From assembly GCA_048886185.1 (NCBI GenBank), contig JBHLKY010000020.1, forward strand, positions 81,650 through 88,293: 6,644 nt of DNA. Direction: 5' to 3'. Each line of letters opens with the position of its first letter. Positions within the stretch are counted from its first letter, which is position 1. The stretch is from Candidatus Hermodarchaeota archaeon (GTDB lineage Archaea; Asgardarchaeota; Heimdallarchaeia; Hodarchaeales; Hodarchaeaceae). Shown here one piece after another: positions 6,028 to 6,644 of this stretch. The notes beneath the pieces are model-generated. The model worked only from the letters and a program-made list of their open reading frames with translations. It did no database searches and was not told where the DNA came from. Both the position numbers and the translations under genes were made by a program.

Positions 6028-6644
6028 ATGCCTGCTGACCAATATTTTGAGGCAATTAGTCGAGTTCTTCTGAGAATTCGTGAAACTCAATCTGAAAAAA
6101 TTAAAAGAGCTGCTCAGGTCATGGCGGAATCCATTGAACACGGAGGAGTTGTTCACATGTTTGGTAGCGGACATTCAGTTATACCAGTCCTCGATATTTT
6201 TCCCCGTTATGGTAGCTATCCTGGTTTTCATCCACTGTTAGACCCGAGGCTGATGTGGTTTAATATTGTTGGGCCAGGAGGGGTTCAAGAGTTGCTTTGG
6301 CTAGAACGTCAAAAGGGTTATGCCGATATCCTTCTCAAACGTAATAGGCTTAATAAAAAAGACATTATGTTAGTTTTCTCTCACGGGGGCATCAATGCTG
6401 TACCTGTTGATATAGCATTAGGAGCCAAGAATTTAGGCCTCTTTGTAGTCGCTGTTACTTCAATGGAAAATCAAGAGAATAGTTTTAATACTCATCATGG
6501 AAGAAGATTATGTGATATAGCGGATATTACAATTGATAACTGTGTACCACCCGAAGATGCACTCGTTAAAATAAAGGGGAAGCGAGAACCAATCGCAGCT
6601 GGTTCCACAGTCGCAATAGTTACCATTGCAATGACTTTGGTAGC
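6028..6644 (+). CDS. SIS-domain sugar-phosphate-binding protein, UPF0309 family (NagS-like), 3'-partial
   Basis: Absent from the ORF track because it runs off the window end. My translation from ATG 6028 is open to 6644 (205 codons): MPADQYFEAISRVLLRIRETQSEKIKRAAQVMAESIEHGGVVHMFGSGHSVIPVLDIFPRYGSYPGFHPLLDPRLMWFNIVGPGGVQELLWLERQKGYADILLKRNRLNKKDIMLVFSHGGINAVPVDIALGAKNLGLFVVAVTSMENQENSFNTHHGRRLCDIADITIDNCVPPEDALVKIKGKREPIAAGSTVAIVTIAMTLV. FGSGHS, D...vfSxxG.N..PV, V+AVTS, G.RL.D+AD+.IDN..P..DA and GST are the UPF0309/GmhA-like SIS pattern. A GGAG SD lies 7 nt upstream. Confidence 0.9.
   Translation, partial: MPADQYFEAISRVLLRIRETQSEKIKRAAQVMAESIEHGGVVHMFGSGHSVIPVLDIFPRYGSYPGFHPLLDPRLMWFNIVGPGGVQELLWLERQKGYADILLKRNRLNKKDIMLVFSHGGINAVPVDIALGAKNLGLFVVAVTSMENQENSFNTHHGRRLCDIADITIDNCVPPEDALVKIKGKREPIAAGSTVAIVTIAMTLV

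Noticed and set aside
6015-6038. Tiny ORF ATG GAG ATA AAT TAT GCC TGC TGA (MEINYAC) overlapping the SIS start, a possible leader peptide
   Set aside because: It arises from the SD sequence itself (atGGAG), has no SD of its own, and shows no attenuator structure.
1-6644. CRISPR arrays, tRNA/rRNA, IS ends, riboswitches (including glmS ribozyme), frameshifts
   Set aside because: The intergenic gaps are only 114-162 bp and AT-rich with no such structures visible. All four frames are uninterrupted with motifs in the expected order.

Overview
AT-rich prokaryotic window with four protein-coding genes, all in amino-sugar or carbohydrate metabolism, and short intergenic gaps. (1) A 5'-truncated GH94 inverting glycoside phosphorylase of the cellobiose/chitobiose phosphorylase type (<1..2280, +). 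(2) An unusually long 714-aa GlmM-like alpha-D-phosphohexomutase with all catalytic motifs intact, a ~100-aa N-terminal extension and a C-terminal segment resembling a winged helix (2443..4587, +). (3) N-acetylglucosamine-6-phosphate deacetylase nagA (5865..4702, -), convergent with the mutase. (4) A 3'-truncated UPF0309/SIS-domain protein divergent from nagA (6028..>6644, +), which the ORF track missed. By inference, the set looks like a phosphorolytic N-acetylhexosamine pathway (disaccharide -> HexNAc-1P -> HexNAc-6P -> deacetylation). The SIS protein resembles the Streptomyces GlcNAc-6P dehydratase NagS family rather than a NagB deaminase. I found no RNA genes, mobile elements or CRISPR arrays. 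All family assignments come from motif recognition by eye; no searches were run.
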